Assembly: GCA_002633005.1 (NCBI GenBank)
Contig: NMRA01000708.1
Span: 125,872 to 189,871 of the forward strand
Origin: Phoronis australis
Lineage: Eukaryota > Animalia > Phoronida
DNA length: 64,000 bases
Reading direction: 5' to 3'
Positions 47,690-60,036 of the stretch are shown piece by piece. The notes under the pieces were generated by a model. It saw only the letters and a list, made by a program, of their open reading frames with translations. It was not told the origin of the DNA and made no database searches. The translations under genes and the position numbers were made by a program. Numbering within the stretch: the first letter of the stretch is position 1; each line of letters opens with the position of its first letter.

Positions 47690-48595
47690 TTCTAGAAGAT
47701 TCCAATATGTATATATATAAATAGTCTGGAACATTCTAAAACATAGCGTATGTTTATAGAATGATTAAGTAGATTTCGGAAAGTTCTAGATTATTAATTA
47801 AATCAGTATTTGGCCACAATAACATTAAAAACCGGACGATCGCCGCACATATAAAAAAGTTCATGTTCAATTCAACGTTTCGTCTTTTCATAATACATCA
47901 TCAGGATCATATTTACAACAATTTGGGACAAGTGCCAACATACAGCTCAGGTAACATCCACAGAGTGAAGTGAGAGATACACAGAATATGGTCAGTAGGT
48001 GGTCATCACCATAGCTGCAGGGTCACAGAGCTCTGCATGTTATTCAGAGAATCAGTGGCATGCTGGTTCTGAATGGCCAATGACTCTTTAATGTACAGTA
48101 ACTCCTTATTAGGTTCTCTGCAGATAATACTAACAGAGTAGGCTTGGTGATTGTAGCTAATACAATGCCTATATATGTTACTTTTCTCTGAGATGTGATG
48201 TTCTTTCTACCTGTCACAGAGGCGTCTCTGTGTGAGTCCTATATAGAATTTCTTACAGTTGTCACATTCAACCTTATACACAACATTGCTCTTGTGTAAT
48301 AAAGGGATGAGCGACTTTAGTTTAAACAGCATATTGGAAAATTTTCGAAGAGGTTTGAAAACAACTATCAGTTCAACTGCTGGTTCTATGCAATGAATAA
48401 GGCGAGATAATTGACGTTTCAATTTTATACTACTTGGCCCGGTGTAACCAAGAGAAAAGAAAACTTTCTTTTTCTCAGGTCCAATAACAGCTACCTTATC
48501 TGCCTCATTCATTTTTGAAAGAAAGTGCCTTTTACAGCTATTCAGAAAATTCAGAGGGTAACCATTGGCACGCAATAACTGGATAATCATAGCTA
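47690..48595 (-). mobile_element. 5'-truncated Penelope-like element (GIY-YIG endonuclease and 3' pseudo-LTR), copy 1
   Basis: LRANGYP...NVVYKVECDNCKKFYIGLTQRRLCDR*KEH...IKESLAI; premature TAG at 48207; hammerhead-like core at 47870-47908. Confidence 0.88.
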
Positions 48596-51099
48596 CGTCA
48601 CTAGATTATACTTGATTCAACAGTTGCAGCGTTCTTCAATTCGAAGCAAGCTGCATGCAGAAACAGTAGGTTATTGAATCAACGATTTTAACAGTTGCTG
48701 AAAATGTTTGATGAGTTGTGTGTATTCAGGACATATGAAACCCCTTAAAATATTATTTGCAGTGTTACTCTTCATTGACACCTAATTTTCATGTTTGAAC
48801 TGTGCTCTGTTCCACGTCTGATTTATAGAACTAGCGAAAATTCAGTGTCAAATTTCACACTGAGAAATGAGCAAGTTTAATCCCGGGAACTATTTTCAAA
48901 GTTACTATCATTTGTTACACAACAAAGACTAAAATATAAACCCCCCAAATGTGACGACAAGAGTGTTTTAATAAATTCCTTGTGGGCTACGGCTAACGGC
49001 CTTGCACGCAACAAAAATGTTTCGTCCATGTTTCATCGTCAGAAGTACGGGTTATTATCTTGTAATGTGTCATTTAAACAGTGCTGTAGTGGTAAAATTA
49101 GAGGTAAGTAGGCGCCCAAAACATACCGCTTCACCTTGAACACTGAACGTAACTTACGGTGCATAGGCGCTACGTTCAAATGCCAAAAGGCACTGCATTT
49201 AAGTCGTGATACTTCATACTACTTACGCGTATCCAGGTACCGAGGAAGCAGGTGAAAATCAGGAAGATGTCCAGTCTGCTATATCCACGAGAGATGTCAC
49301 CGTCGTCACTATTGACGGAATGATTTTCTTGATCTAGAGAAGTACACATCTATCTAGCCTGAAAGCTAAGCTAAAAATATTCATTATTATAATCAAACTT
49401 CGCCATTCTGCGATTCAAACAATGTGCATCACAGCATTAGTCCCCTAAGTGAAATATTGAAACTCACACACAGAGGGCGCAGAGACAACGCTTCAATCAC
49501 AAGTAAGGCAACAGTTCATTTGTGTCGAGATATGATTGAGCCAACAAATCCCAGAGAGTTAGTCCATGCACGCAAAGCACTATGCTGTTCCTATCTTCAC
49601 AGTAGAAACCTGGGTAAAGTTCAGAGCTATCAAAGGAACCACGGCAGGATCGTTACGTCCACTGGGTTGGGTTTCAAAATCGCTAATGACCATTTCATTT
49701 TTCAAAAATTTGAGAGGTCTTGCATATTCACTTTTTATGTTACAAGAATGTCACCTGTCCCTACCCACAAAATGGTTATATGCCCTTTTCTTGAAATGAC
49801 CATCTTTTACAAATTGAAAGTTGGTAAAAGCTTGACTGTGTAGTGGAATACTTTGCTTGTCGGTTTTGCTCACATACGTAAACATATTTGCAAACATACG
49901 TACCTACCTACGTACAAGTACAGTACGTATTTGGCAGTCCTTGTACGCAGATACATTTATACATACATATTGAAAGATCACGTACATGTGTACCATCGTC
50001 TCGTACAAAAAGACAACCAATCACTGACCATTCCGGCAAAGTTGTTAAATTCACAATAAGATCATCGCTCACATTTTATATCTGAAACGGTGCCTCAAGC
50101 CTGTCAAGCATGAATTTTTACTTTTGTCTCGCCAACAAAAGCCACCGTTCATCTTCCACTAATATTCGAAAGGTATTTCATCATAGTACAGTATATTGTA
50201 CTTGTTGTCAAATATTTTGAACTCTCCGTATTCTTAGCCAGATATTTCCCGGGGCCAAAAGAGTGCTTTGAGTTGCGCAATTTCTGTCTGGGTCACCGTG
50301 TTGTGTCAAGTCAATCACCATAATAGTCGGTGGGCCAAAATTTGTAGGGCCTCTAGAAAATGGTTTTTGTGAGTAATTTAGGGGGGGGGGCAATTTTATT
50401 TTGGTGTTTTTTTAATTCATTTACTAGAGTGTTTTCAAAATCTGAAAAGTTCCCACATATAAAGTTGCGCATTTTTGAGAAATTTGAGTTTGAAGTTACA
50501 TAATAATCACCAAAGAGCTTAGTAAATTAATATTTGTAAAAACAACAGTTTTGGTGACTTTTTTGTAAAACAAGTAATATGGTCCCATCAGTGCCATTGT
50601 GTTGAACAATATTACACTCACATTACATGTTTCACTATTGTAGATTAATTGTAAACAGTNATGTGGTTTGCGTTGGAATTATTTCGTGCTAATGTTATCC
50701 AAAATGAAGCAGAAAGACTATCGTTAAATTGCCTGTTAGCAGCGTGACCTCATTTAAATTGCCTTTGATCCGAATACAGGAACATTGCAGATTAAAATCT
50801 GGATGGTATAAATGACTGGGAGAACGGACGCACACGGGAGGAGAACTCGTTTTACCTTTGGCATTCATGTTATTTCCAGAATAATTCAAGCCATTTCAGC
50901 ACACGTAAATGTCAATTTGCGTAGATATATCACCATAACCAAACGTAATATATTTGAGTTGTTTTCCATGACAGAAGGTACTGAAGGTATGACCAACTTT
51001 CAGGAGTAGACTGACACTGGTTTTAGTTTGTTAACTTTCATTTAGCTACTCTGTTTACTAACATGTAGCAGTGATGATATAATTTGAATACTAGAGAAC

Positions 51100-52017
51100 A
51101 TTCTAGAAGATTCCAATATGTTCCTGATTATATAGATAAAAAGTCTGGAGCATTCTAGAACATAGCGTATTTTTATAGAATGATTAAGTAGATTTCGGAA
51201 AGTTCTAGATTATAAATTAAATCAGTTTTTGGCCACAATAAGATTAAAAACCGGACGATCGCCGCACATATAAAAAAGTTCATGTTCAATTCAACGTTTC
51301 GTCTTTTCATAATACATCATCAGGAACATATTTACAACAATTTAGTACAACAAGTGCCAACATACAGCTCAGGTAACATCCACAGAGTGAAGTGAGAGAT
51401 ACATAGAATATAGTCAGTAGCTGGTCATCACCATAGTTGCAGGGTCACTGAGCTCTGCATGTTATTCAGAGAATCAGTGGCATGCTGGTTCTGAATGGCC
51501 AATGACTCTTTAATGTACAGTAACTCCTTATTAGGTTCTCTGCAGATAATACTAACAGAGTTGGCTTGGTGATTGTAGCTAATACAATGCCTATATATGT
51601 TACTTTTCTCTGAGGTGTGATGTTCTTTCAACCTGTCACAGAGGCGTCTCTGTGTGAGTTCTATATAGAATTTCTTACAGTTGTCGCATTCAACCTTATA
51701 CACAACATTGCTCTTGTGTAATAAAGGGATGAGTGACTTTAGTTTAAACAGCATACTGGAGAGTTTTCGATGGGGTTTGAAAACAACTATCAGTTCAACT
51801 GCTGGTTCTATGCAATGAATAAGGCTAGATAATTGACGTTTCAATTTTATACTACTTGGCCCGGTGTAATCAAGACAAAAGAAAACTTTCTTTTTCTCAG
51901 GTCCAATAACAGCTACCTTATCTGCCTCATTCATTTTTGAAAGAAAGCGTCTTTTACAGCTATTCAGAAAATTCAGAGGGTAACCATTGGCACGCAATAA
52001 CTGGAAAATCATGGCTA
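51100..52017 (-). mobile_element. 5'-truncated Penelope-like element, copy 2
   Basis: ORF 51428-52012 with VVY...YIELTQRRLCDRLKEH...IKESLAIQ...LNN; the YIG motif is changed to YIE. Confidence 0.88.
51289..51327 (-). ncRNA. Minimal type-I hammerhead ribozyme motif in the Penelope-like pseudo-LTR (second copy at 47870-47908)
   Basis: Minus strand GTTC-CTGATGA-T-GTATT-ATGAA-AAGAC-GAAA-C-GTT-GAAT: catalytic boxes, stem I GTTC/GAAT, stem II with one mismatch, palindromic AACGTT as stem III. Confidence 0.6.
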
Positions 52018-54489
52018 CGTCACTAGATTATACTTGATTCAACAGTTGCAGCGTTCTTCAATTCGAAGCAAGCTGCATGCAGAAACAGTAGGTTATTGAA
52101 TCAACGATTTTAACAGTTGCTGAAAATGTTTGATGACTTGTGTGTATTCAGGACTTATGAAACCCCTTGAAATATTATTTGCAGTGTTATTCTTCATTGA
52201 CACCTAATTTTCTTGTTTGAACTCTGCTCTGTTCCACGTCTGATTTATAGAATTAGCGAAAATTCAGTGTCAAATTTCACACTGAGAAATGAGCAAGTTT
52301 AATCCCGGGAACTATTTTCAAAATTACTATCATTTGTTACACAACAAAGACTAAAATATAAACCCCCCAAATGTGACGACAAGAGTGTTTTAATAAATTC
52401 CTTGTGGGCTACGGCCAACGGCCTTGCACGCAACAAAAATGTTTCGTCCATGTTTCATCGTCAGAAGTACGGGTTATTATCTTGTAATGTGTCATTTAAA
52501 CAGTGCTGTAGTGGTAAAATTAGAGGTAAGTAGGCGCCCAAAACATACCGCTTCACCTTGAACACTGAACGTAACTTACGGTGCATAGGCGCTACGTTCA
52601 AATGCCAAAAGGCACTGCATTTAAGTCGTGATACTTCATACTACTTACGCGTATCCAGGTACCGAGGAAGCAGGTGAAAATCAGGAAGATGTCCAGTCTG
52701 CTATATCCACGAGAGATGTCACCGTCGTCACTATTGACGGAATGATTTTCTTGATCTAGAGAAGTACACATCTATCTAGCCTGAAAGCTAAGCTAAAAAT
52801 ATTCATTATTATAATCAAACTTCGCCATTCTGCAATTCAAACAATGTGCATCACATCATTAGTCCCCTAGGTGAAATATTGAAACTCACACACAGAGGGC
52901 GCAGAGACAACGCTTCAATCACAAGTAAGGCAACAGTTGATTTGTGTCGAGATATGATTGAGCCAACAAATCCCAGAGAGTTAGTCCATGCACGCAAAGC
53001 ACTATGCTGTTCCTATCTTCACAATAGAAACCTGGGTAAAGTTCAGAGCTATCAAAGGAACCACGACAGGATCGTTACGTCCACTGGGTTGGGTTTCAAA
53101 ATCGCTAATGGCCATTTCATTTTTCAAAAATTTGAGAGGTCTTGCATATTCACTTTTTATGTTACAAGAATGTCACCTGTCCCTACACACAAAATGGTTA
53201 TATGCCCTTTTCTTGAAATGACCATCTTTTACAAATTGAAAGTTGGTAAAAGCTTGACTGTGTAGTGGAATACTTTGCTTGTCGGTTTTGCTCACATACG
53301 TAAACATATTTGCAAACATACGTACCTACCTACGTACAAGTACAGTACGTATTTGGCAGTCCTTGTACGCAGATACATTTATACATACATATTGAAAGAT
53401 CACGTACATGTGTACCATCGTCTCGTACAAAAAGACAACCAATCACTGACCATTCCGGCAAAGTTGTTAAATTCACAATAAGATCATCGCTCACATTTTA
53501 TATAGCTGAAACGCTGCCTCAAGCCTGTCAAGCATGAATTTTTACTTTTGTCTCGCCAACAAAAGCCACCGTTCATCTTCCACTAATATTCGAAAGGTAT
53601 TTCATCATAGTACAGTATATTGTACTTGTTGTCAAATATTTTGAACTCTCCGTATTCTTAGCCAGATATTTCCCGGGGCCAAAAGAGTGCTTTGAGTTGC
53701 GCAATTTCTGTCTGGGTCACCGTGTTGTGTCAAGTCAATCACCATAATAGTCGGTGGGCCAAAATTTGTAGGGCCTCTAGAAAATGGTTTTTGTGAGTAA
53801 TTTAGGGGGGGGGGCAATTTTATTTTGGTGTTTTTTTAATTCATTTACTAGAGTGTTTTCAAAATCTGAAAAGTTCCCACATATAAAGTTGCGCATTTTT
53901 GAGAAATTTGAGTTTGAAGTTACATAATAATCACCAAAGAGCTTAGTAAATTAATATTTGTAAAAACAACAGTTTTGGTGACTTTTTTGTAAAACAAGTA
54001 ATATGGTCCCATCAGTGCCATTGTGTTGAACAATATTACACTCACATTACATGTTTCACTATTGTAGATTAATTGTAAACAGTGAAATTTTAAAAAATTA
54101 GAGACACCTAGTGGCAAAAATGCAAACTAAGTCTGAATGTTACTAGGAAATTATTCTGGCATTGTCTGGCAACTAAAATAACACAAAACACTTGAGACTG
54201 GGCAGAATTTGTGCCTCAATGACTAAAACATTGACTAATGGTGTAAAATACAGCTTGTTTGCATCATACACCAGAAGTACATTATAGTACAAAAACAATA
54301 TAGTTAAATGATCTCTGTGAATGTGCACACAGACTGTATGCAAATAATAGATTATTCTGACAGAGTTTATCAAGCAGTATGAGAAAAATACATGACAATG
54401 ATCAAAGTAAGTACTTTCTATGACTTAATCAATAAATAAAATTAACTTTTTAATACAAAAAACCCGAAATAACGGGGTTGGAGGTCTAT

Positions 54490-55260
54490 TTAGGGTTGAC
54501 TTGTCAAAGAACTATCGAATGTTATGCAGTCAGTGTTGCTGATGTTACTACAGTTGTCACAGCTGCACATTTCTATACAGTTTAACCCAACATTGCAGCA
54601 CAAACTCAGTTTCCCAGCACACATGTTCTTTTTGCACTTGCAGCGTTCGTCGTTTAGTACTGTCAATGGAGATGCGGACATTGTCATACATTTTAACTGC
54701 AAAGCTCCACCTCCAAGGAGCCAACTATGGTCGATTACAGAGGGTACAGCACCGCACACTGGTGATTGGACCGCAGGCAATGAAGGGTCAAACACTAAGT
54801 CCTTTTTGGAGGCGGGCAGGATTTGGGCAAACGTTTGATTCAAAATACGTTATAATGGGCTGTGTTAATTAGAGTCAGCAAGTGAATTATTGAACACTAG
54901 CCTCATTCACTTTCGTATCTCTTAGTCGGGCACAACATACAACAGAGAGTAGCTTCAACAATATTTCTTAAGATTTCCTGTCCAAATAACTTCATGCACA
55001 CCAGCTTTCTGAATAACAGCTTCAAAATCTTGCTTTAGTTTTGTAAGGCAAACGACATATCCATGTGCTACAAGCTTTGATTCAATGAACTCCAAACAAA
55101 ACTGTAGAAAAACATCTCTGAAAACTGTGGAATCGTCACTGTTCACAATCGTTGTCTTTCTATTTTTATAGCATGATGATCTGTGGTACTAATGGCACAA
55201 GGTCTTTATCTTTGAATTTCATTTGCATATTCAGGGCTCTGGACTGAGCTGTCATTTGCG
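54490..55260 (-). mobile_element. Internally deleted DNA-transposon ORF relic with a C-terminal CXC-like cysteine cluster (superfamily uncertain)
   Basis: HSW...LKCMTMSASPLTVL..RCKCKKNMCAGKLSLCCNVGLNCIEMCSCDNCSN, and upstream DKDLV...HRSSCYK...FLQFCLEFIE. Both resemble parts of large invertebrate transposon-encoded proteins. Confidence 0.55.
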
Positions 55261-56185
55261 ATACAAGTCCAACTGAAAAAACCCGAAATGTTAACACTAA
55301 TTTAACATTCAACTATGAGTGAGTTGGCATGTACATGTAACTTTTTCAGACGGACTTGTCAGGAACTGATCCACCTCCAGCCTAACAAATTTACATGCCT
55401 TCTGATCTGTCCCCTAAAATGTTGATCGTCTAATAATTAGATTAGTTGATGCAACTGAAAATGAATCAGCTGATATACCAGTGCAGTGATTGAAATTTAA
55501 TTTTTTTAAATCAGATGCTCAAATCATAGTCAATCGATTTACACTTAAGGTAATCGACATTTGACGAAATGGACAGTGGCTTCCATCGTCCTCAAATTAC
55601 GACGGCGACGATGGCCACATAAGCACTCTAATTTAATTATAATTGCAACTACCTAAGTAATTAATGTTTACAAAAAATTGAGAAGAGGTTCCCCCTATTC
55701 CAGGACTACGGCAGGGGATGACGGCCACTTGGGCATGTTGTTTGCAACCATCTACTTCATTGAACCTTCTCAAAAATTTTTGACTTAAAGTGCTTTAAAA
55801 TCACACCCACAGTATAACGCCATATGATTATCCCTTAGCACAAGGCTGCAGTGTCGATGTGGCAACTGAACAATGGAGTGTTCGAAGGAGTATTTGTTTA
55901 AACTGGGAACAACTGAAAACATTAACGACCTCCTCAGAGGCATCTCTCTACGCGGTACTTCTAAACTTATAGGAACATAATTTGCTAAAAAGCATCCGGC
56001 ATATGGAGTACATGTACCTATGGTATGATCACCGTCTCTACTGGGTCAACGGTTTTGTCTAAGGCCTAGGCAGCCAAGGGGCTAAACAAGTTAAAAAACA
56101 ACTGGTGATAATACTGAAACACACATGGAAAACACCAAGATATACCTTTCAAAAACACCTACCTGTTTTACAAAGCTATACTTCT

Positions 56186-59083
56186 TTCTCGGCACTTCGT
56201 TATCCCTAGATGACCTTGGTGGATTTGGTTTAGCACCTCCAACTGCATCGACTGGGGAATAACAATACGGTCGTTGTACATCAGTAGTCCATCTATGATG
56301 GTAAGATGCTTTTACTCGCAGTAAGGTTTCAGTAGCGTATCTGCAGAGAAAGCAGGCCAACCATTTTGCCAGAACTGGATGACTTCGCCACATGTTGCAT
56401 CGCTACGTTGTGCTTCTTTGATCTGATTCAGACGACCTTGTATTGCAGGTAAGTATTTGACTGTATACTCAGCTTGATCTTCAGCTTCGTCTAGGAATAT
56501 CTCATCAGGAACTGGAGGTTTGTCAACCGGAGCTCGGGACAAGGCATCTGCAATCAGGTGGTTCTTTCCTGGAACGTGGTTTATCGTGGGGCTGAATTTC
56601 ATCAAACGGAGACGGAAACGTAGCACTCGAGGTGGCATCTTAGACAAGTCTGTTGATGACAGTAGAGGCACTAGTGGTTTATGGTCGGTCTCCAGAGTAA
56701 ACTTGAGTCCAAGAATGAAGGTTGAGAACTTCTCGCAAGCCCAGGTAGCTGCTAGTGCTTCCTTTTCTATCACTGCATAACGTTTCTCCGTGTCGTTAAG
56801 TGATCTGGACGCAAAGCACACTGGTCTTCTGTTACCACCAGAATCAGTTTGGATCAATACAGCACCAATGCCGTACTGGCTTGCATCAGCTGTTACTATG
56901 GTCTCACGACTAGGGTCGTAGTGGGCCAGTGTGACAGTTGAGACGAGTGCTTCTTTTACTTGTTGAAAGGATCTCTGTTGAGGTTCATCCCATTGGAAGG
57001 CTTGGTCTTTCCTCAAGAGTTGTCTCAGGGGTTCATTCAGCTTCACCAGATTAGGTAGGAATTTCGCCAGCTGGTTCACCATGCCATTAAATCTTTGAAG
57101 CTCAGTCACATTTGTGGGCACAGGGAAATCTCTAACTGCTTGCGTCTTTTCTGGGTCAGCCATTATCCCATCTGAGCTGATAAGGTGTCCCAGGAACTTG
57201 ATCTTTGATGTGGAAAACTCACATTTGTTGTTCAGGGTCAGGCCTGCAGCCTGTAGACGCTGAAGTACTGAACGGACTCTTTCGTCGTGTTCTTTTTGAG
57301 TGCTTCCATAGATGAGTATGTCGTCCATATGACACAAGGTACCATCTAGACCTTCAAGGATCGATGACATCGTACGTTGGAAAATCTCTGGGGCAGAGCT
57401 TATTCCAAAGGGAAGTCTGTTAAACCTGAAACGTCCAAGGGGACTGATGAAGGTTGTTAGGTCTTTGGATGCTTCATGTAGAGGAATCTGCCAGAACCCT
57501 GAGTTGGCATCTAATTTCGAGAAGATAACTGGCTTACCGCAACTAAGACTGCTCAGACTGTCCTCAACAGATGACATCGGGTGAACTTCACGCCTCACGG
57601 CTTTGTTCAGTGGAGTAAGATCTACGCAAATGCGCACTCGGCCATTGGACTTTGGGATGCACACCATGCCGGAACACCATTCGGTAGGATGGGTAACCTT
57701 GGAAATAATGCCCTGTCTTTCCATAGACTCTAACTCTTTTTCCACCTGCGGAAGCAATGGGTGGAGCACACGTCTGGCAGTGTATAAACACACAGGGTTG
57801 GCGTCAGGTTGAAGACTTATCTCGTAGGGTGTGGTCAAACAGCCTAGACCTTGAAACAGCTTCGGGAAATCCCCACGAAAATCTGGTTTTGCATCTACCA
57901 CATAGACAGATGCTGAAGGTATCAAAAGCTTGAAGTGTTCACAGGCACGTTTGCTTAACAGGTTTAAGCGTTGTCCTTTCATGATGTAAACATCTTCTTC
58001 TAGCTGACGATCACCACAACAAAGTTTGGCTTTTGGGATCACACCAAGAATACGGTCGTTCAGTGTCACATTGCCGGCACCTCGGCAGTTGGTCAGATTG
58101 GTGTTTGGTTCCAGCTTAGTTTTAGCCAGCCACGGATTTTTGTCTCCTATCACTGTGATGTCTGCGCCGCTATCTAGCTTGAACTGCGTAGAATGACCGT
58201 TCACAGAGATATCTGCTGACCAGTGCTTTTTAGAAGCTTCAATTTGACCCAGAAANTCTAGCTTGAACTGCGTAGTATGACCGTTCACAGAGATATCTGC
58301 TGACCAGTGCTTTTTAGAAGCTTCAATTTGACTCAGAAATTACACAGGAACGTCTTCTTCTTCCTGAGTATCTATTTCTGCTTTGCTTTTGGACCTACAA
58401 GCTTTGGACCAATGGCCTGTCTTGCCACAGTTGTTTCACTTGCTGTCTCTAGCTCTGCACTTTTTGCGTGTGTGTGGTTTAGTGCTACCACACCACTTAC
58501 AACTTTCTAACTGGTTCTTCGGTGCTTTGTATGAGCCTGCTTCTTCTGAGGATTGTTGTGCTTCTTGAACCTATGCCGTTTCACGAACTCGACTGTACTC
58601 TCACTTTTGCCTGACATCACCTGTTTCTGAGTGCGTGATGCCTCTGCTGCTTGCAGATTCTCAATGGCTTTTGCGAGGCTTGGTACAGGGCGTTCTCTTA
58701 AGAGTCTCTCCCGTCCTGCGTCATCATTCGTCCCAACGACTATGCGGTCTCTGATCAGTGAGTCTTTCAGTTCCCCGAATTCGCAAGAGTCAGCTAACTT
58801 GCGTAATCTTAGGACAAACACATCTATGGTCTCTCCCGTCTTTTGGACTGCTTGGTTGAAGACAAATCTCTCGTAGAGAACAGTGACTCTTCTGGGGAAC
58901 AAAGTATGCCTTTAAGGCATCAATAATCTTCTGAGGATTGCGTCTGTCTTCTTCACTGACGTTAGGCAAGTTACACAGAACTCGTTTACACTCCTGCCTC
59001 ATGACGGAGCAGAGTGTTGCAGCAACTATTGATACACCCTTTAGGTCTGGTGTACCATCCGCCTTAACCATTTTTGTGTCTAG
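56186..59083 (-). mobile_element. Degenerate Ty3/Gypsy retrotransposon (gag, protease, RT, RNase H, start of integrase); no LTRs seen
   Basis: gag YERFVFNQAVQKTGETIDVFVLRLRKLADSCEFG..IRDRIVVG and Zn knuckle CGKTGHWSKAC; protease LDSGAD; RT VRICVDLTPLN, LPFGISSAPEIFQ, HMDD; RNase H DASQYGIGAVL, ETDHKPL, ADALSR. Past an in-frame TAA at 56312 it continues [17 protein letters not shown], then breaks off. Confidence 0.95.
56312..58255 (-). pseudogene. Gypsy pol open segment (protease-RT-RNase H)
   Basis: ORF track 56312-58288. The first ~10 residues come from the N-bridged 83-bp duplication. Confidence 0.9.
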
Positions 59084-59199
59084 AGAACACGTGACCCTCA
59101 TGGCGGGAAGGTTGGTTTTCTGACTTGTGCGGACTCTCCCATCTAACAATAACGAAATTAATTTAGTTTGAAGACAGAACCGACAGTAATTCATCTCAC

Positions 59200-60036
59200 A
59201 TGATTAGGAATAACGACCAGACCCCGACAAGTGGCAGAAAAAGAACACCAAGCCGAAACTCTAGTGAACTCCGAGCTTCGACGTCAAAAAAACCTCTGAA
59301 GCAACCGACAATGGACGCCATATTGACAGGAAAGGGACAAAATGTCACCAAGAAGACTCGGTCATTGAAAGATGAACTAAAGGAGGCACTCATGGACTCA
59401 GATATCCAGTCACTGTTTACAAACATGATAAAGCCCTTAATTGACGCTGGTTTGTCTGAAATGTATAAAGCACTAGAGCTTCAATACGATCAAAAAATGG
59501 CTGAAAAGGATAAAAAAATAACAACACTTGAAAATCAACTCGACAAGCTGAAGCAAGAAAGTGGCTCTCAGATACACAGGTTGGAATCTGATTTGGATGA
59601 GCTTGAACAGTATAGCCGCCGAAACTGCGTTGTAATCAGCGGAATAAAAGAAAGTGACAAGGAGTGCACAGACGACATTGTTATTGGTCTAGCTAAAAGA
59701 ATTGGTGCTACCGTTGAGAAGTCTGACATATGTCGCAGTCACCGCCTAGGTAAAAAAATCCAAGGTAATGCCAAGACGAGGTCAATTATAGTGAAATTTA
59801 CGAATTACAATGCAAGAGCCGAATTCATGAGAAATAAAAAGAAATTGAAAACTGAAGCTGGCAAGATCTACGTTAACGAGAATCTGACCAAAAAACGAGC
59901 ACAGTTGTACAAGGCTTGTAGAGACCTGGGCGCCCGGATTCAGAGTTGCTGGACATATGATGGAAGAATTTATTACAAGAACTGGGCCAATGAAATTAAA
60001 CCGGTGAGCAGCATGGAAGATTTACAGGGCATCTAA
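59200..60036 (+). CDS. LINE ORF1 protein (coiled coil plus RRM/CTD-like, 278 aa)
   Basis: Intact ORF: LDELEQYSRRNCVVISGIKE, ICRSHRLGK, IIVKF, IYVNENLT, SCWTYDGRIY. Confidence 0.88.
   Translation: MIRNNDQTPTSGRKRTPSRNSSELRASTSKKPLKQPTMDAILTGKGQNVTKKTRSLKDELKEALMDSDIQSLFTNMIKPLIDAGLSEMYKALELQYDQKMAEKDKKITTLENQLDKLKQESGSQIHRLESDLDELEQYSRRNCVVISGIKESDKECTDDIVIGLAKRIGATVEKSDICRSHRLGKKIQGNAKTRSIIVKFTNYNARAEFMRNKKKLKTEAGKIYVNENLTKKRAQLYKACRDLGARIQSCWTYDGRIYYKNWANEIKPVSSMEDLQGI

Larger units (their letters stand above)
47253..54082. repeat. Tandem duplication of ~3.41 kb (47253-50659 and 50664-54082) with a single N at 50660
   Basis: Both copies start tggtttgcgttggaattatttcgtgc and end gattaattgtaaacagt; ORFs are paired (49424/52846, 49853/53275, 50208/53632). 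Confidence 0.95.

Noticed and set aside
49011-49050. Second hammerhead-like motif on the minus strand (CTGACGA...GAAAC), also at ~52430-52470
   Set aside because: Stem I does not pair, stem II is poor and GAAAC is followed by ATT rather than GUH.
49424-50085. Paired ORFs of 139/77/68 aa conserved between the duplicate copies
   Set aside because: Conservation only reflects the near-identical duplication; no homology or proper starts.
58172-58339. 83-bp tandem duplication at the Gypsy gag/protease boundary
   Set aside because: The two copies meet at a single N (58256); almost certainly overlapping contig ends rather than biology.
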